Positions 61,598-64,000 of a stretch of DNA of 64,000 nucleotides are shown here, piece after piece (the first letter of the stretch is position 1; the number at the start of each line of letters is the position of its first letter). Origin of the DNA: Coraliomargaritaceae bacterium (lineage in GTDB: Bacteria > Verrucomicrobiota > Verrucomicrobiia > Opitutales > Coraliomargaritaceae); the NCBI GenBank assembly GCA_965656495.1, contig CBFHKU010000004.1:32001-96000 (forward strand), given 5' to 3'. Under the pieces are notes generated by a model. The model was not told the DNA's origin. It did not search any database and was given only the letters and a program-made list of their open reading frames with translations. The position numbers were made by a program, and so were the translations under genes.

Positions 61598-61629
61598 CCC
61601 AACCCCCCAGCCCACTTGCAAACTGAAAC

Positions 61630-63138
61630 ATGACTACTGAGCAAAAATATATCCTCGCAATCGATCAGGGTACCACCAGTTCACGCACCATTATCTTTAA
61701 CCATGACGCTGAAATCGTCGCAGTGGCCCAGCAGGAATTTCAACAACTCTACCCAAATCCCGGCTGGGTGGAGCACAACCCGGAGGAAATCTGGAGCAGC
61801 CAAAAAGCCACTATTGAGGAAGCGATGCAAAAAGCGAACCTCGATAAAAGCAGGGTCGCCGCAATTGGCATCACCAACCAACGCGAAACGACTGTCATCT
61901 GGGATCGCGACACCGGCAAACCGATCCACAACGCTATTGTCTGGCAGGACCGCCGCACCGCCGACTTCTGCAGCCAACTCAAACAAGATCAGCACGAGGA
62001 TAGGATCCGCGAAAAAACCGGCCTCTGTCTCGACCCCTATTTTTCCGGCACAAAACTCCGCTGGATTCTTGAAAACGTGGAAGGTGCGCGGCAACGAGCC
62101 AAGGATGGCAAACTTTGTTTTGGCACAATTGATAGCTGGCTCCTCTGGCAACTCACCGATGGCCGGGTTCATGCCACCGACCTCAGCAACGCCAGCCGAA
62201 CCCTCCTTTGTAATATCAAAACCGGCGATTGGGATCCGGATTTGCTGCAACTCCTCGATATACCCGAGGCCATTCTGCCTGAAATTCGCTCCTGCTCAGA
62301 AGTCTACGGCTGTGTAGACACGATCCCCGAACTGAGCGGAATTCCGGTTGCCGCGATGGCGGGCGACCAACAAGCCGCTCTCTTCGGGCAGGCCTGCTTC
62401 GAGCCCGGTATGGTTAAAAATACCTACGGTACCGGTTGTTTCATGCTCATGAATACCGGCGAAAAACCCATCCCTTCAGAAAACAATCTCCTTACTACCG
62501 TAGCCTGGCGTATTGGCAACCATACGGAGTACGCCTTAGAGGGATCCATCTTTATTGGTGGCGCGGTGGTGCAATGGCTGCGCGACGAACTCAAGCTGGT
62601 GCAGGATGCCAAAGAACTCAACAAACTCGCCGCCTCGGTCGATGACGCCGGAGGCACTTATATTGTCCCCGCCTTCACCGGACTCGGAGCACCGCATTGG
62701 GATCCCTACGCCCGAGGCACCATCATCGGCCTGACCCGTGGTACCAACCGTGCCCAGATCTGCCGCGCCGCCCTTGATTCAATCGCCTACCAAAGCGCGG
62801 ATCTCATTCAAATAATGGAAAAAGACAGCGGGCTTAAACTGCGTGAACTCCGCGTCGATGGCGGCGCCGCCCGCAGCAACCTCCTCCTGCAATTCCAAGC
62901 GGACCTCCTACAGACCCCGGTCATTCGTCCCCAATGTATCGAGACTACCGCCCTCGGAGCTGCCTACCTCGCCGGTCTTGCAGTCGACTTTTGGAATGAC
63001 CGCCAAAGTATCACCCAAAACTGGACCTCTGACCTAAGCTTCAAGCCCATGCGCTCAACCCAACAAATGTCAGGGTGGCACGCAGGCTGGAAGAAGGCCG
63101 TCAATCGGTCCCTCCACTGGGCTAAACCGGATGAATAA
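61630..63138 (+). CDS. glpK: Glycerol kinase
   Basis: [58 protein letters not shown]. Confidence 0.97.
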   Translation: MTTEQKYILAIDQGTTSSRTIIFNHDAEIVAVAQQEFQQLYPNPGWVEHNPEEIWSSQKATIEEAMQKANLDKSRVAAIGITNQRETTVIWDRDTGKPIHNAIVWQDRRTADFCSQLKQDQHEDRIREKTGLCLDPYFSGTKLRWILENVEGARQRAKDGKLCFGTIDSWLLWQLTDGRVHATDLSNASRTLLCNIKTGDWDPDLLQLLDIPEAILPEIRSCSEVYGCVDTIPELSGIPVAAMAGDQQAALFGQACFEPGMVKNTYGTGCFMLMNTGEKPIPSENNLLTTVAWRIGNHTEYALEGSIFIGGAVVQWLRDELKLVQDAKELNKLAASVDDAGGTYIVPAFTGLGAPHWDPYARGTIIGLTRGTNRAQICRAALDSIAYQSADLIQIMEKDSGLKLRELRVDGGAARSNLLLQFQADLLQTPVIRPQCIETTALGAAYLAGLAVDFWNDRQSITQNWTSDLSFKPMRSTQQMSGWHAGWKKAVNRSLHWAKPDE

Positions 63139-63193
63139 TCCAGCACCATAACCACGCGGGCCACCCCAATGCCCGCCAAACCAAGAGAGCTCC

Positions 63194-64000
63194 ATGAAAA
63201 TCAACTATCATTTTATATGGACCCTTATCCTGACACCACTATCTGCTCTCTTGTTTGCCAACGATTACACCGAGACTCTTCTCGGCGATTTCAACGGTAC
63301 ACGCACCTCCCTCGCTGACAGCGGCTTAGAAATTAAAGCCAAACATATTCTTGATGTATATGATGATATCAGCGGGGCGCCCAAAACCGGGGCCTCGTAT
63401 TTCGGTCGCCTACAGGTCGATGCCAGCCTTGATCTCGACAAATACTTCGGATTCTCCGGAGCCACCCTCGCAATTGGGGGCATCCATCAATATGGGCACC
63501 ATTTTTACAACCGGCGCACCTTTGATGTCTTGACGAATCCGAGCACCATCGAGAGCCGGCAATTCACACGCTTAACGAACCTCAGCCTTAATCAAGAATT
63601 AATGGATGGGATGCTTTCCTATAAGATCGGTAAAATTGACGGGGTGGCAGAATTTGGCCTGCAGGAATACAGCACGGTGTTCATGAATTTGGAGTTGGAC
63701 TACGTGTCACGCATCATTCTACAGCCACCAACTGGAACCAATCTCCCCTTTCATCCCGGAGAAAAATGGGGTGCTGTAGTTGAATACCGAACCGGTATTG
63801 ATCCGAACAACACCAGCTATCTGAAAATCGGCCTCTTTGATACCAACAACTACAATGTCTATGAAGATGATTCCAACGGTCTAAACTTCGACTATAGCGG
63901 CCCCTTGGCCTATGCACTTGAAATGGGGATTCGGCAACCCGGCCCTGCCACCAGTTACGTCAAGATCGGAGCCCATTTCAACGAAGGCAGTTTTCCTGAT
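63194..64000 (+). CDS. OprB-family carbohydrate-selective porin (runs off the window end)
   Basis: Translated by hand: MKINYHFIW...LLGDFNGTRTSLADSG...LDLDKYFG...SYKIGK; not in the ORF track because it has no stop in the window. Confidence 0.75.
   Translation, partial: MKINYHFIWTLILTPLSALLFANDYTETLLGDFNGTRTSLADSGLEIKAKHILDVYDDISGAPKTGASYFGRLQVDASLDLDKYFGFSGATLAIGGIHQYGHHFYNRRTFDVLTNPSTIESRQFTRLTNLSLNQELMDGMLSYKIGKIDGVAEFGLQEYSTVFMNLELDYVSRIILQPPTGTNLPFHPGEKWGAVVEYRTGIDPNNTSYLKIGLFDTNNYNVYEDDSNGLNFDYSGPLAYALEMGIRQPGPATSYVKIGAHFNEGSFPD

Overview
A 64-kb bacterial chromosomal segment, most likely from a marine Verrucomicrobiota (Opitutia, Coraliomargarita-like). This is inferred from the PEP-CTERM proteins, sulfatase richness, short RpoZ and C/A-rich leaders. 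Positions 1-19 kb hold a polysaccharide-utilisation locus: five sulfatases, a GH10 xylanase, a GH151-like and an agarase-like hydrolase, a GH52 xylosidase, a GPH transporter, and an XylR-type regulator with two candidate operators. Positions 19-24 kb hold a nickel-pincer cofactor cluster (larE, larC, larB) with no larA. It is instead flanked by a Tat-exported aldo-keto reductase, a mini HupE/UreJ-like protein and a DMT transporter. The rest is mostly housekeeping: pyrH, frr, proB, uvrB, leuS, lpxI, metF, tRNA-Arg, leuB, alaS, smpB, rpoZ, malQ, asd, gatCAB, lepAB, glpFK. The intergenic gaps repeatedly show insertion-duplication structures. These are an inverted-repeat-bounded GxxExxY nuclease cassette with two internally deleted copies and duplicated leuB/alaS ends, a lectin gene inserted between two copies of the lepA 5' end, a duplicated tRNA 5' half with a structured insert, and arrays of periodic hairpin arms and REP-like palindromes. 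The two best candidates for new biology are (1) a larA-independent nickel-pincer system serving a secreted AKR and (2) a hairpin-bounded GxxExxY mobile cassette family. All protein calls come from motif recognition by eye; no database searches were run.
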